Assembly (NCBI GenBank): GCA_947449135.1
Contig: CANFQO010000002.1
Span: forward strand, 2,430-66,429
Origin: Planctomycetaceae bacterium
Lineage (GTDB): Bacteria; Planctomycetota; Planctomycetia; Pirellulales; UBA1268
DNA: 64,000 nucleotides
Direction of reading: 5' to 3'
Under the pieces are notes generated by a model. The model saw only the letters and a program-made list of their open reading frames with translations, searched no databases and was not told the origin of the DNA. Made by a program: the position numbers and the translations under genes. Below, piece by piece: positions 53,995 to 63,415 of the stretch. Within the stretch, counting starts at the first letter, position 1; each line of letters opens with the position of its first letter.

Positions 53995-54024
53995 CGTGGG
54001 GGGCGCGTTTTCAACGTGCCCAGG
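53995..54024 (+). repeat. Hairpin repeat copy 2: CGTGGGGGGCGCG-TTTTCAA-CGTGCCCAGG
   Basis: 7-bp stem GGGCGCG/CGUGCCC with an identical loop and 5' flank. It lies 13 nt from the hemW stop. Confidence 0.6.
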
Positions 54025-54036
54025 CTGCGCGTGTAC

Positions 54037-55212
54037 TCACATGGGCCGCAGCACTTCCGCCCAGAGCCCGTCCGAGACGAGCAGTCCTTCTCTCGTGAGC
54101 CGCACCTGCTGGCCGTCGTCGGTGGCAAGGCCGCGGGCGATCCAGCGGCGGATTGAGGCACCGGCCACATCGTCGAGCGCAAAGCCGCTCGCGTTTAGGA
54201 ACGCTTCACGGCGGAGGCCGTCCCGCCGGCGCAGCCCGAGAACGACCCGCTCCTGCGCGGCCTCAAGCGGCGTCATCGTCTCACTGTCCCCGGTGAAGTC
54301 CTCGCCGCCGAGCACCCGCCGCATCCAGGTCGTTGTGCTGCGGTGGTTGGTGATCCGTTCCCGACCGTCAAACCGGGCGGCACCTGGGCCGAACGCTTCC
54401 CATGGCTGGCAGTCCCAGTAGGTCTCGTTGTGCTGGCAGCGTCCGCCGGGCCGTGCAAAGTTGGAGACCTCGTAGTGCTCGAAGCCCGCCGCTTCCAGCC
54501 GGTCGATCGTCAGTTCAAGCATTGATCGTTCGAGCGATTCGTCAGCAGGCCGAAGCATGCCCCGGCGGCTCAGTGACTCGAACTGCGTGCCTTTCTCCCA
54601 TGTGAGGCAGTACACCGACAGATGCTGCGTGCCGAGTGCCACCAGCGCATCGAGATCGCGGTCGACGTCGGCGAGAGTCTGTCCGGGGGCGGCCGTCATC
54701 AGGTCGACGCTCACCGCGAGCCCACGAGTCAGCAGAATGTCGACAGCCCGCCGCACATCGTCGGGCGTGTGATCGCGATCGAGCGCCACGAGGGTCGTCG
54801 CATCGAGCGACTGGCCGCCGAGGCTCACCCGAGTCGTGCCGCACGCCACCGCGGCCGTGGCGAGTGATGCCGTCACGTCACCGGGGTTGGCCTCAATGGT
54901 GACCTCGGCCCCCGGCAGTGGCCGCAGTCGCGTGTGGAGAATGTCGAAGAGTCGCCGGAGTCCGTCCGGACCCAAGTGCGATGGCGTGCCGCCGCCGAGA
55001 TAGAGCGTGGCCAGTTCCAGGCCGGGCGATTCCAGTCGCGTCAGTTCCCGTTCGATCGCCGCGAGGTAGCTCGCGATGAGGTCGTCGCGTCCGGCCACGA
55101 GCGAGAAATCGCAGTAGCCGCAGCGGTGCCTGCAGAAGGGCACGTGCACGTAGGCGGCTCTCGGCGGTTGTTGTGTGGCCGCGTTCACGATGTCGCTCGT
55201 CGCGGTTTTCAC
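54037..55212 (-). CDS. hemW: Radical-SAM HemN-like protein (heme chaperone HemW / coproporphyrinogen-oxidase-like)
   Basis: [17 protein letters not shown] is the CxxxCxxC motif. GGGTPS and a HemN C-terminal-like tail are present. The length of 391 aa fits HemW. Confidence 0.85.
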   Translation of the reverse strand: MKTATSDIVNAATQQPPRAAYVHVPFCRHRCGYCDFSLVAGRDDLIASYLAAIERELTRLESPGLELATLYLGGGTPSHLGPDGLRRLFDILHTRLRPLPGAEVTIEANPGDVTASLATAAVACGTTRVSLGGQSLDATTLVALDRDHTPDDVRRAVDILLTRGLAVSVDLMTAAPGQTLADVDRDLDALVALGTQHLSVYCLTWEKGTQFESLSRRGMLRPADESLERSMLELTIDRLEAAGFEHYEVSNFARPGGRCQHNETYWDCQPWEAFGPGAARFDGRERITNHRSTTTWMRRVLGGEDFTGDSETMTPLEAAQERVVLGLRRRDGLRREAFLNASGFALDDVAGASIRRWIARGLATDDGQQVRLTREGLLVSDGLWAEVLRPM

Positions 55213-56048
55213 AGCCAGATCTGCAGCCGGCCGTCGAGCATGTCAGGGAGTTTTTTGGCAAGGATCCGTCGGATGCGGTCGTCGGTGTAGCGGGTCGAGA
55301 AGTGGGTGGCGATCACCACCTCGTTGTGGAAGCGTTCTCGCCGAGCGAGGAGATCATCGAGGTGCATATGGCCAAACTTGTGGATCTTTTCCTTGCGGTG
55401 GCTGTGGGCAACGAACGTGAGTTCCGTGATCAGGATCATCGCCTCGTACATCGCCGGACAGCGGTCGAGCCCCTCGGGCGAACTGTCACCCAGGTAGGCC
55501 ACGAGCGGCGTCCGCACCTCGTGGGTCACGTCGACACCAGAGAGTCGCAGGTCGCGGATCTTCTCGCCGGGGAGGCCGTGGTATTCGTGCTTGAGCTTTC
55601 GGCGGCGTTCCCAGACGACGTAGCCCACGCTTGGCAGCGTGTGGGTCGTGCCCGAGACGGTGACGACATGCTCACGCGACAGTTCGATCTCGTCGCCGGG
55701 CCGGGCAGGGAGCAGCGTGCAGGGTAGCCGGCCGCGATCGAGGCGGGAGACGGCCTTGAGCAACTTCTCGATCGGTTCGATCGCTGTCTCCGGGAGATAG
55801 ATGGTTGGAGGCTCCATCTTCATCATTCGCCGCCGGGCCACGTAGACCGGCAGCGCCGCGATATGGTCGAGGTGCGTGTGGGTGATGAACCACGTGCTCG
55901 TGGCCATAAAGGCCCATGGCTGGCCGCCCAGATCGAAGCCCAGCTTCAGTTCAGGGACCCGCCAGTAGCTTTGGACGGCCGCACGGGAATAGCCCTCCAC
56001 GGTTAGCCCCTTATGGATGAAGCTGCGAACCGGTGCGTTTTCAATCAT
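55209..56048 (-). CDS. MBL-fold metallo-hydrolase (RNase Z / RNase BN-like)
   Basis: It has the [16 protein letters not shown] (HxHxDH) motif. Its length and pattern resemble short RNase Z-like proteins. It has 4-nt overlaps with both neighbouring genes. Confidence 0.8.
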   Translation of the reverse strand: MIENAPVRSFIHKGLTVEGYSRAAVQSYWRVPELKLGFDLGGQPWAFMATSTWFITHTHLDHIAALPVYVARRRMMKMEPPTIYLPETAIEPIEKLLKAVSRLDRGRLPCTLLPARPGDEIELSREHVVTVSGTTHTLPSVGYVVWERRRKLKHEYHGLPGEKIRDLRLSGVDVTHEVRTPLVAYLGDSSPEGLDRCPAMYEAMILITELTFVAHSHRKEKIHKFGHMHLDDLLARRERFHNEVVIATHFSTRYTDDRIRRILAKKLPDMLDGRLQIWL

Positions 56049-56782
56049 GCGGTTTCTCTGGGCAGATGTGGCTCAGCCGGCTCGAGCCAGATTTCGTCGA
56101 AGATCCGGTCCTGCCGCGTGCTCAGTCGGCCTCGTCGCACCAGCTCCAGCACCGCAAGAAAGATACCCACGATTCGCGTTCGCGGCATATCCGCTTCGAA
56201 GAGTTCGGCGAAAGAGACCCGTCCCTTCTCTGCCACGACCGTTTCGATCCGGCTGATATGCACTTCGATCGGGGTGTCGTCCTGAACGATCTGACGAGGC
56301 CGACGCTTTTCCCGCTTCCGCATCACTCGCGCGAGGGCCCCCACGAGATCCCAGACGTGGACGTCGCCGATGGTGACCTCGGCTGGTCCGCCACGCGGCC
56401 CGGTTTCCTCGGTAGCGACGCGGGGAAACCGTAGTTCCCACTCCCGCGCCCGGTCCTCTAGCAGCACGGCAGCGTCACGGTATTGCTTGTATTCCAGCAG
56501 CCGCTTGACGAGTTCCTCGCGTACCGGCTCGACCGGATCCTCCGTCTCTTCGGGCCGCGGCACGAGTTCCCGGGCCTTGATCTCCAGGAGCAGGCTGGCC
56601 AGATCGACGAATTCCCCCACCTGATCGATGGCAATATCCTCGAGCACGTCGAGGTAGGCGACGAATTCCTCGGCAATCTTTGCGAGCGGCACCTGCGTGA
56701 TGTCGACCTCGTGCCGTTTCACGAGATAGAGCAGCAGGTCCATGGGACCGGCGAAGACTTCGAGGGCAATCTTGAATTCCAA
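56045..56782 (-). CDS. scpA: Segregation and condensation protein A
   Basis: [34 protein letters not shown] is the canonical ScpA N-terminus. The length is 245 aa. Confidence 0.9.
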   Translation of the reverse strand: MEFKIALEVFAGPMDLLLYLVKRHEVDITQVPLAKIAEEFVAYLDVLEDIAIDQVGEFVDLASLLLEIKARELVPRPEETEDPVEPVREELVKRLLEYKQYRDAAVLLEDRAREWELRFPRVATEETGPRGGPAEVTIGDVHVWDLVGALARVMRKREKRRPRQIVQDDTPIEVHISRIETVVAEKGRVSFAELFEADMPRTRIVGIFLAVLELVRRGRLSTRQDRIFDEIWLEPAEPHLPRETA

Positions 56783-56993
56783 GCCGTTGCCTCACGCGTT
56801 GTCTGGACCCCGACAAGGGGGGCCGAAATGGCCCGCAGTCCCGCTCTTTTCCAGGCCGGACAGGGGCAGTGTGGTGGGAAACGAAAAGCCTGGCAACAGC
56901 GATCCGTCCCCCCCTTGCTGCCCTATTCCTGGGCTGTTACGATCCGGGGCTCCGAAACACGGCGTTTTTCGCCGGTGAACATACACAAAATTG

Positions 56994-57043
56994 TCCGGAA
57001 TCGGCTCGTATTTCCGAGGTGGAAATACGTAGTGGATGCCGGA
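56994..57043 (+). promoter_or_regulatory. Structured rplM leader: perfect 9-bp hairpin (CGTATTTCC GAGGT GGAAATACG) nested in a 5-bp outer stem
   Basis: The inverted repeats 57007-57015/57021-57029 and 56994-56998/57039-57043 were read directly. They end 19 nt before ATG 57062. Confidence 0.35.
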
Positions 57044-57061
57044 CAGAGACGGAACCATTCG

Positions 57062-57511
57062 ATGAAGACGTTCATGGCCAAGGTCGGTGAGGTAGAGCAG
57101 CGGTGGTGGCTGGTTGACGCGAGCGACAAGGTGGTCGGCCGCCTGGCCAGCGATATTGCCATGGTGCTGATGGGCAAGCATCGCCCGACCTACACGCCCC
57201 ACGTCGACACTGGCGACTACATCGTGGTGATCAACGCTGAAAAGGTGCAGTTCACCGGCAAGAAGTGGCAGCAAAAGCTCTATCGCTGGTACACCGGCTA
57301 CCAGGGTCTGAAGACTGAAACTGCCGAGCACCGCCGGGATCGGCGACCGGAACTGATCATCGAGGAAGCCGTCCGACGCATGCTTCCGAAGTCCCGTTTG
57401 GGCAGGGTCATGCTCGACAAACTGAAGGTGTATGCCGGCTCTGAACACCCCCATCAGGCGCAGGATCCGCAGGCGATGAAGCTTGGTCACCGGGAGATGG
57501 GAGTGGCCTAA
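57062..57511 (+). CDS. rplM: 50S ribosomal protein L13
   Basis: RWWLVDASDKVVGRLASDIAMVLMGKHRPTYTPHVDTGDYIVVINAEKV...YRWYTGYQGG-like pattern. The start is at MKTFMAK. The upstream part of the 342-aa ORF was rejected. Confidence 0.97.
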   Translation: MKTFMAKVGEVEQRWWLVDASDKVVGRLASDIAMVLMGKHRPTYTPHVDTGDYIVVINAEKVQFTGKKWQQKLYRWYTGYQGLKTETAEHRRDRRPELIIEEAVRRMLPKSRLGRVMLDKLKVYAGSEHPHQAQDPQAMKLGHREMGVA

Positions 57512-57612
57512 GCCAGCCCTGACACGGCCGGAATGACCGGCAGACACCCCACGCATTCAAACGAGTCAGTCCACAACGCAACCAGCCAAGACCAGGAATT
57601 GAACCGAGGAAT

Positions 57613-58035
57613 ATGATGGCCGTCGAAACGAGCAAGAAAAGCGGATCTGCCAACCATGTGATTGCCACTGGTCGCCGAAAAACGGCTGTGGCCCGCGTGC
57701 GTCTCCGTGCCGGATCCGGTGCCATCACGATCAATGGTCGTGAGATCGAGGCCTATTTTCCTGCGATCAAGGATCGCGTGCTCGTGTCGGGGGCCCTTGA
57801 GACGATGGGCAAAGCAACGGCTGTGAATGTCGACATCACGGTCGACGGTGGCGGTTTGACGGGTCAGGCCGGCGCTTGTCGGTTGGGCATCGCCCGAGCA
57901 CTCAAGGCGTTCGATGCCGAATTGGACGAACCGCTGCGTCACAGTGGCATGCTGACTCGCGACGGCCGTATGAAGGAACGCAAGAAGTACGGGCTCCGCG
58001 GTGCCCGCCGTGGTACTCAGTTCTCGAAGCGTTAA
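57613..58035 (+). CDS. rpsI: 30S ribosomal protein S9
   Basis: ATGRRKTAVARVRLRAGSGAITINGR...GGGLTGQAGACRLGIARAL...LTRDGRMKERKKYGLRGARRGTQFSKR. Confidence 0.97.
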   Translation: MMAVETSKKSGSANHVIATGRRKTAVARVRLRAGSGAITINGREIEAYFPAIKDRVLVSGALETMGKATAVNVDITVDGGGLTGQAGACRLGIARALKAFDAELDEPLRHSGMLTRDGRMKERKKYGLRGARRGTQFSKR

Positions 58036-58050
58036 GTGCTCACGAACAGC

Positions 58051-58087
58051 GTTGCTTGAACCCTGGTCGCAAGGCAACAGGGTTTTT
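58051..58087 (+). terminator. Probable intrinsic terminator after rpsI
   Basis: GUUGCUUG...CAAGGCAAC, or alternatively AACCCUG...CAGGGUU, forms a stem followed by U5. It starts 16 nt after the TAA stop. Confidence 0.5.
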
Positions 58088-58377
58088 CAACGGAGCATTT
58101 GCCCGGCACGATGAAGTCGTACAGCCGCGATTGAGCACCGTTTGCGGCCGCTTTTGGCTCGCGTTTTGGCGCGGGGTAACCTCCCAGGCAACCGTTACGA
58201 CCGACAGGATCGTCACGTTCGGGCCGGGAGATGATTTTTCGCTGATTTCACCCGCCTCAAACCAGAGGGCATACTTGCCCAGGAGGCGCCGTGGTCGTTC
58301 AGTCGACCGACGGGGCGATCCCTCCATGGTCGTCAGCTTGCCCCTTCTCAAGTCCTTACGCTCTACGAGGCCGTTCC

Positions 58378-59232
58378 ATGTCGCGCGTGTCCAGTGTTCT
58401 TTTGAGCGGGCTCGTAGCCTGCGGAGTGACTTTCTTCCCGGCGAGCCAAGGCTTTGCTGCGGAGTCGGTTCGTGCCACCTCCGCCTCCACGCGGGCCTCC
58501 GCGGTACCTGATCTCTTCGAGGCGGAGGAGCAGGAGCAGATCAGCATCAAATACATCCCGAACGATTCCAGATCTGCCCAGATCATCGTGACCAATCGCA
58601 CGCGGAGTCCGCAGACCCTGCGACTCCCGACTACGTTCGCCGGGGTTCCTGTGTTGGCCCAGTTTGGTGGCGGCATGGGCGGTGGTGGCATGGGCGGCGG
58701 ACAACAGGGCGGATTCGCCGGTGCCGGCATCGGAGGTGGCCAGGCCATGGGTGGCGGCGGCGGCGGATTCGGCGGTCAGGGCATGAATGGCATGGGTGGT
58801 GGTGGCATGGGGCAGGGAGGCGGCGGTGCCTTTTCGATTCCCCCGGAGCGGTCCCGTGTGTTCCGCGTGCCGACTGTCTGCCTCGAACATGGCAAGCCCG
58901 AGCCTTCCAGCCGAATGCACTACAAACTCGTGAGGGCCGATTCGTTCTCCAGCGATCCCAAGCTTGCCGTTGTGCTCGAGAGCCTCGGCCGCGGAGAGCT
59001 CTCGCAAAAGGTGACTCAGGCAGCGGTGTGGCATATTGCCAACGGGCTCACCTGGGAAAAGCTGGCAGCCGAGAAAATCGACCACGCTGGCGGCATTCAG
59101 GACGAGCCGTATTTCACGCAGGCAGAGTTGTTCGCCGCCCATCGCGTGGTGGCGTTGGCAACGGAAGAGGCCCGCCGTCGGCAACCGGCTTCAGCGGGCG
59201 AATTTGTGTCGCCGGGCGAGTTGGCTCAGTAG
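58378..59232 (+). CDS. Secreted hypothetical protein with an internal Gly/Met-rich low-complexity insert
   Basis: The signal peptide is [27 protein letters not shown]. The insert [57 protein letters not shown] (about 58666-58830) sits between ordinary-composition domains. Confidence 0.7.
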   Translation: MSRVSSVLLSGLVACGVTFFPASQGFAAESVRATSASTRASAVPDLFEAEEQEQISIKYIPNDSRSAQIIVTNRTRSPQTLRLPTTFAGVPVLAQFGGGMGGGGMGGGQQGGFAGAGIGGGQAMGGGGGGFGGQGMNGMGGGGMGQGGGGAFSIPPERSRVFRVPTVCLEHGKPEPSSRMHYKLVRADSFSSDPKLAVVLESLGRGELSQKVTQAAVWHIANGLTWEKLAAEKIDHAGGIQDEPYFTQAELFAAHRVVALATEEARRRQPASAGEFVSPGELAQ

Positions 59233-60278
59233 TCGCCCGACAGATTTTCGCCTCCGGCCCGGGTCGACAGCGCCTTCCAGAGGAGGCTGTCGATGCCACT
59301 GGCTATGGAGCGGACGCTGCCGTCCATGAAGGCCGAGGACACGATGCCGGCGTGATAGCTGCGGGACGTCACGGCGGCGAGCGTGGTCTTGACGGCGTCC
59401 GTTCCCTCTCGCCTATTCGTCCAGTCGCCATCCACCAGTTTGCCGCTGATCGTGATTGGCACGAAGGTGTTCGGTGCGAACACGGTCGTGAACCCGCTCT
59501 GATTCGTCTTGCCATCGACCCATTCGGTATGGGCTCCATCCGGCTTCTCCTCACCTCCGTAAGCATCGATTGCAGCGGGCGAGGAGGGTGCCTGGAAATA
59601 GGACAAGTCGGCATTACGGCGGTACGAGGTGTAGGCCTTGACCTCGGAGAAGGCGAGTGTCTTTGAGAGTCCATCGATGAAATGGGCAGACTTGAGTTTG
59701 CCGTTCACCTGGAAGGCGCCGTCGCCGCCAGTTCTTTTGGCCGGGTCGAATACGAGCCAGGTTCCCATGTTGATGCCGTAATTGAGCGGATAGTGACGCT
59801 CGCTGCCGTCGATCAACGGCCGGTCGTTGTTTTCCGTTGGGCAGAGCAGCACCGGAATTCGCAACGATGAGATCAGCGTGGAACCATCGGCAAGGGTGGC
59901 CGTGTCGTAGGAGTTGTCCAAATTGCGGGCCACCTCAGCACCGAGAGCGAGATCCTCCACAAACGGCAACAGTCGGGTCTGGGCAGACCATACGCGGGCG
60001 TCCGAGTTTGGGTCGCCATCCCACTCGCGACTGGGAGGGTACACGCGTTTGGTCACCTCAAAATTCTGAAGGGCGAGCCCCAGTTGCCGCAGATTGTTTT
60101 GGCAGGAGAGACGCCGGGCGGCCTCGCGAGCGGCCTGCACGGCCGGAAGGAGCAGTCCTACGAGCGAGCCAATAATCGCGATAACCACCAGAAGCTCGAC
60201 GAGGGTAAAGGCGGGTCGAGCCAATTCCCGGTAGGGGTGGGATTGTTCGCGATCGTATCTGCCGCGGTTCGTTTTCAT
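59226..60278 (-). CDS. DUF1559 protein with a prepilin-type N-terminal cleavage/methylation domain (H-X9-DG family)
   Basis: [50 protein letters not shown], and a C-terminal [15 protein letters not shown] (H-X9-DG). Confidence 0.92.
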   Translation of the reverse strand: MKTNRGRYDREQSHPYRELARPAFTLVELLVVIAIIGSLVGLLLPAVQAAREAARRLSCQNNLRQLGLALQNFEVTKRVYPPSREWDGDPNSDARVWSAQTRLLPFVEDLALGAEVARNLDNSYDTATLADGSTLISSLRIPVLLCPTENNDRPLIDGSERHYPLNYGINMGTWLVFDPAKRTGGDGAFQVNGKLKSAHFIDGLSKTLAFSEVKAYTSYRRNADLSYFQAPSSPAAIDAYGGEEKPDGAHTEWVDGKTNQSGFTTVFAPNTFVPITISGKLVDGDWTNRREGTDAVKTTLAAVTSRSYHAGIVSSAFMDGSVRSIASGIDSLLWKALSTRAGGENLSGDY

Positions 60279-60634
60279 CGGAGATAGGTTCGAATAAGGG
60301 CTTTAAAACTGGAGAAAGTGAACGAGTACGAAACTGAGACTCATTCTCAACAGCACTCCGGTGATTGTACGGCTGGCCTGCGGTTCGTCAACAGTTGGGT
60401 TCTGTGGTGGGGTGGCGGGGAGCGGGCGGGGGATTCATCGGGAGGCCCTCGCCAACCAGCGGGTTTTCGCGGCCGCGTCCATCGTCCTGTCGGAACGCAA
60501 GGGCACCGCAGAGTTTTCCGTGCCCCCTACACTGTTTTTTAAGAGTCGGTACAACAATCTCTAAGACCACCGGGGTTGGCACGGGGTAGGTATTCGCACC
60601 ACGAGAGCGCTTCAGCAAGGAGCCAGTTCAAGTC

Positions 60635-61588
60635 ATGCACGCAGTCACGCCAGCAGGCAACGCCCCGGCACACCGCGGCGAGAAAGAGGTCATCGTCGAA
60701 GCGAGAAATCTCTCGAAGACCTATCGCGACTTCTGGGGCCGCAGCAAAAAAGTCGCCCTCAAGCCCCTCGATCTCGAGATTCGGCGGGGTGAGATTTTTG
60801 GTCTGCTTGGCCCCAACGGTTCGGGCAAGACCACGACCATGAAACTCCTGCTCGGCCTTGTCTTTCCGACGTCGGGCGAGGCGCTCATGTTTGGCCGCGA
60901 CGCCACCGACGTGTCCAAGAACGAGCGCATCGGCTATCTCCCTGAGGAGTCGTATCTCTACAAGTTTCTGAATGCAGAGGAGACGCTGGACTTCTATGGG
61001 CGGCTCTTCGACATGCCGCCGGAGGAGCGGAAGCGGCGGGCCGACTCGCTGATCGAGATGGTTGGCTTGGGGCGGGACAAGAAGCGACAACTCCGCGAGT
61101 ATTCCAAGGGCATGACCCGCCGGATTGGCGTCGCACAGGCGCTGATCAACGACCCCGAACTCGTGATGCTCGACGAACCGACCAGCGGCCTCGATCCAAT
61201 TGGTACTCGCGAGATGAAAGATCTCATCATCGATCTGAAACAGCGGGGCAAGACAGTGATCCTCTGCTCCCATCTGCTCGCCGACGTGGAGGACGTGTGC
61301 GATCGGATCGCGGTCCTGCACCAGGGCGAACTCAAGGAACTTGGCCGTGTCGAGGATCTGCTGCGTGTCACTGATGTCACGCAGATCCGTGCCGAGGGAT
61401 TGTCTCCAGAGGCTCGGGAGGAGATTCGGGCAGTGCTCGCGCGGCATGGTCGGTCGGACGTTGAGATCGGCAATCCGCGTACAACGCTGGAGGAACTGTT
61501 TCTCGACGTCGTTCGCGATTCGCAGGCCCGTCCCGGCCGTCGTGCCCGGCAGACCGTCGCCGATGGCGGCCAGCAACAGAAGGGGTGA
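60635..61588 (+). CDS. ABC transporter ATP-binding protein
   Basis: Walker A is GPNGSGKTT, the signature is YSKGMTRR, Walker B is [12 protein letters not shown], and the H-loop is CSHLL. An AAGGAG SD lies 12 nt upstream. Confidence 0.92.
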   Translation: MHAVTPAGNAPAHRGEKEVIVEARNLSKTYRDFWGRSKKVALKPLDLEIRRGEIFGLLGPNGSGKTTTMKLLLGLVFPTSGEALMFGRDATDVSKNERIGYLPEESYLYKFLNAEETLDFYGRLFDMPPEERKRRADSLIEMVGLGRDKKRQLREYSKGMTRRIGVAQALINDPELVMLDEPTSGLDPIGTREMKDLIIDLKQRGKTVILCSHLLADVEDVCDRIAVLHQGELKELGRVEDLLRVTDVTQIRAEGLSPEAREEIRAVLARHGRSDVEIGNPRTTLEELFLDVVRDSQARPGRRARQTVADGGQQQKG

Positions 61589-61597
61589 ACCGCAGCC

Positions 61598-63415
61598 ATG
61601 GTCTTGGAACAAGAAATTCCGAAGTTTGCTGCATGGATTGGCCCGGCGTTGCTGTGGTACGTCTTCGCCGGCGGCCTTGTGGCATTGTTCGCCGCTGCTG
61701 CCGCATGGCTCACGCAGTCCGTGCTCTATGGTCCGCTGGCAGCAGGCGATCGCGTCTACCGCGGCGTGCTGACCGGGCTGAGTGATCTGTTCGCCATGTC
61801 TCCCCGCCGGATCTGGGCCTTGGCGAGGCTGGCAATTCAGGAGTCGTTGCGTCGTAACGTGCTCGTGGCCCTCGCGCTGTTTCTTGTGATCGTGTTGTTC
61901 GCGGGCTGGTTTCTCGACCCGAAAAGCGTCAACCCGGGCAGGCTTTATCTCGGGTTCATTCTGAGTGCGACCAATCTGCTGGTCTGCCTCGTCACGCTCG
62001 TGCTCTCGGTGTTCAGCCTGCCTGCCGACATCAAAGCCAAGGCTATCCAGACCGTCACGACCAAACCCGTCCGTACGGGCGAGATCGTGCTCGGTCGCAT
62101 TCTCGGGTTCTCGCTCGTCGGTGCCATGCTGCTGGCGATCATGGGAGTCATCGGCTGGGCATTTGTCGTGCGGAGCGTGAGCCACGGCCACACTGTTACC
62201 GTCGAGGACGTGATCGAAATCAAGGACGTAGGCGGGACCCTCGCCGGCTTTGAGGGACGCACGAGCCTCGATCGCGGCCATCGTCATCGGTTTGATCTCG
62301 ATGCCTCCGGCACCGGCTGGACAGACACCGTTCAGGGACATCGGCATGCCGTGACGCGGTCGGCTGGAGGCGGCTACACGATCGGGGCGGCCGAGGGCTT
62401 GCTCGAGGCCCGGCGTCCCCAGCGTGGCACGCTGAGGTTTCTTGATCGGGATGGCCGACCCAGTTTGAAGGGAATCAATGTGGGTTCAGAGTGGGGCTAT
62501 CGGCAGTACGTGGAGGGTGGCACCCTAGGGGCCGCCATCTGGACGTTTGAGGGGCTTTCCGAACAAAAGTATCCCGATGGTCTGCCGCTTGAGATGAACG
62601 TTCGGGTGTTTCGTACGTGGAAAGGCGTGATTGACAAGGGGATCAAGGGCAGCGTGCGGGTTCGCAATCCTGTCAGCGGTTTGCAGAGCGACCCGTTCTA
62701 TTTCACGGCCAGGGAATTCACGATCGATTCGCTGCTGCTGCCGCGAACAATGGCTTCGACATCCAAAGATGGTGGTACCAGGCAGGTCGATCTGTTTCAG
62801 GACATCGTCGCTGACGGGCGGGTCGAGGTGATCCTGCAATGCCTGGAGAAATCGCAGTATTACGGTGTGGCGCAGGCCGATTTCTACCTCCGGGCGGGCA
62901 GCGGCTCTTTTGCCGTCAACTATGCCAAGAGTTGCCTTGGCATTCTGTATGCGATGATCCTGGTGACCGCGATGGGGGTGATGTTCAGCACATTTCTGAG
63001 TGGTCCACTGGCGCTGTTTGCGACACTCTCGCTGGTGATGGTCGGCCAGTTCCGGGAGTTCATCAAGCGGTTGTTCGAGAGTCAGGTAACCGGTGACGCC
63101 TCAATCGCCCCGGGTGGTGGTCCGATCGAATCGTTCTACCGGATCCTCAGTCAGGACAGCATCACGATCGAACTCGATCCCTCCGCGGCCGTACAGATCA
63201 TGAAGACGTTTGACACGTTTCTCTTGGCCCCGATGCGACTGTTGGCGGCACTCTTTCCGTCGTTGAGTTCGCTCGGCACGAGTGATTTCGTTGCGCACGG
63301 CTTCGACATCCCGTTCGCCCTAGTGGCCGAACACGGCATGGAAGCACTCGGATATCTGCTGGCGTTTTTCATCGCCGGCGCGTTCTGTCTCAGGGCCCGC
63401 GAGGTGGCATCATGA
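61598..63415 (+). CDS. ABC-2-type permease-like membrane protein with a large extracytoplasmic insert
   Basis: It has multiple TM helices, and the segment AIQTVTTKPVRTGEIVLGRILG is typical of ABC-2 family permeases. An insert of about 250 aa lies between TM blocks. Confidence 0.7.
   Translation: MVLEQEIPKFAAWIGPALLWYVFAGGLVALFAAAAAWLTQSVLYGPLAAGDRVYRGVLTGLSDLFAMSPRRIWALARLAIQESLRRNVLVALALFLVIVLFAGWFLDPKSVNPGRLYLGFILSATNLLVCLVTLVLSVFSLPADIKAKAIQTVTTKPVRTGEIVLGRILGFSLVGAMLLAIMGVIGWAFVVRSVSHGHTVTVEDVIEIKDVGGTLAGFEGRTSLDRGHRHRFDLDASGTGWTDTVQGHRHAVTRSAGGGYTIGAAEGLLEARRPQRGTLRFLDRDGRPSLKGINVGSEWGYRQYVEGGTLGAAIWTFEGLSEQKYPDGLPLEMNVRVFRTWKGVIDKGIKGSVRVRNPVSGLQSDPFYFTAREFTIDSLLLPRTMASTSKDGGTRQVDLFQDIVADGRVEVILQCLEKSQYYGVAQADFYLRAGSGSFAVNYAKSCLGILYAMILVTAMGVMFSTFLSGPLALFATLSLVMVGQFREFIKRLFESQVTGDASIAPGGGPIESFYRILSQDSITIELDPSAAVQIMKTFDTFLLAPMRLLAALFPSLSSLGTSDFVAHGFDIPFALVAEHGMEALGYLLAFFIAGAFCLRAREVAS

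Noticed and set aside
60577-60598. TTGGCACGGGGTAGGTATTCGCA upstream of the ABC operon as a sigma-54 promoter
   Set aside because: The GG-to-GC spacing is 18 nt instead of 12, and there is no TTGC at -12.
60539-62347. 602-aa minus-strand ORF opposite the ABC ATPase and permease
   Set aside because: The plus strand encodes a complete Walker A / signature / Walker B ATPase. The minus-frame product is low-complexity.
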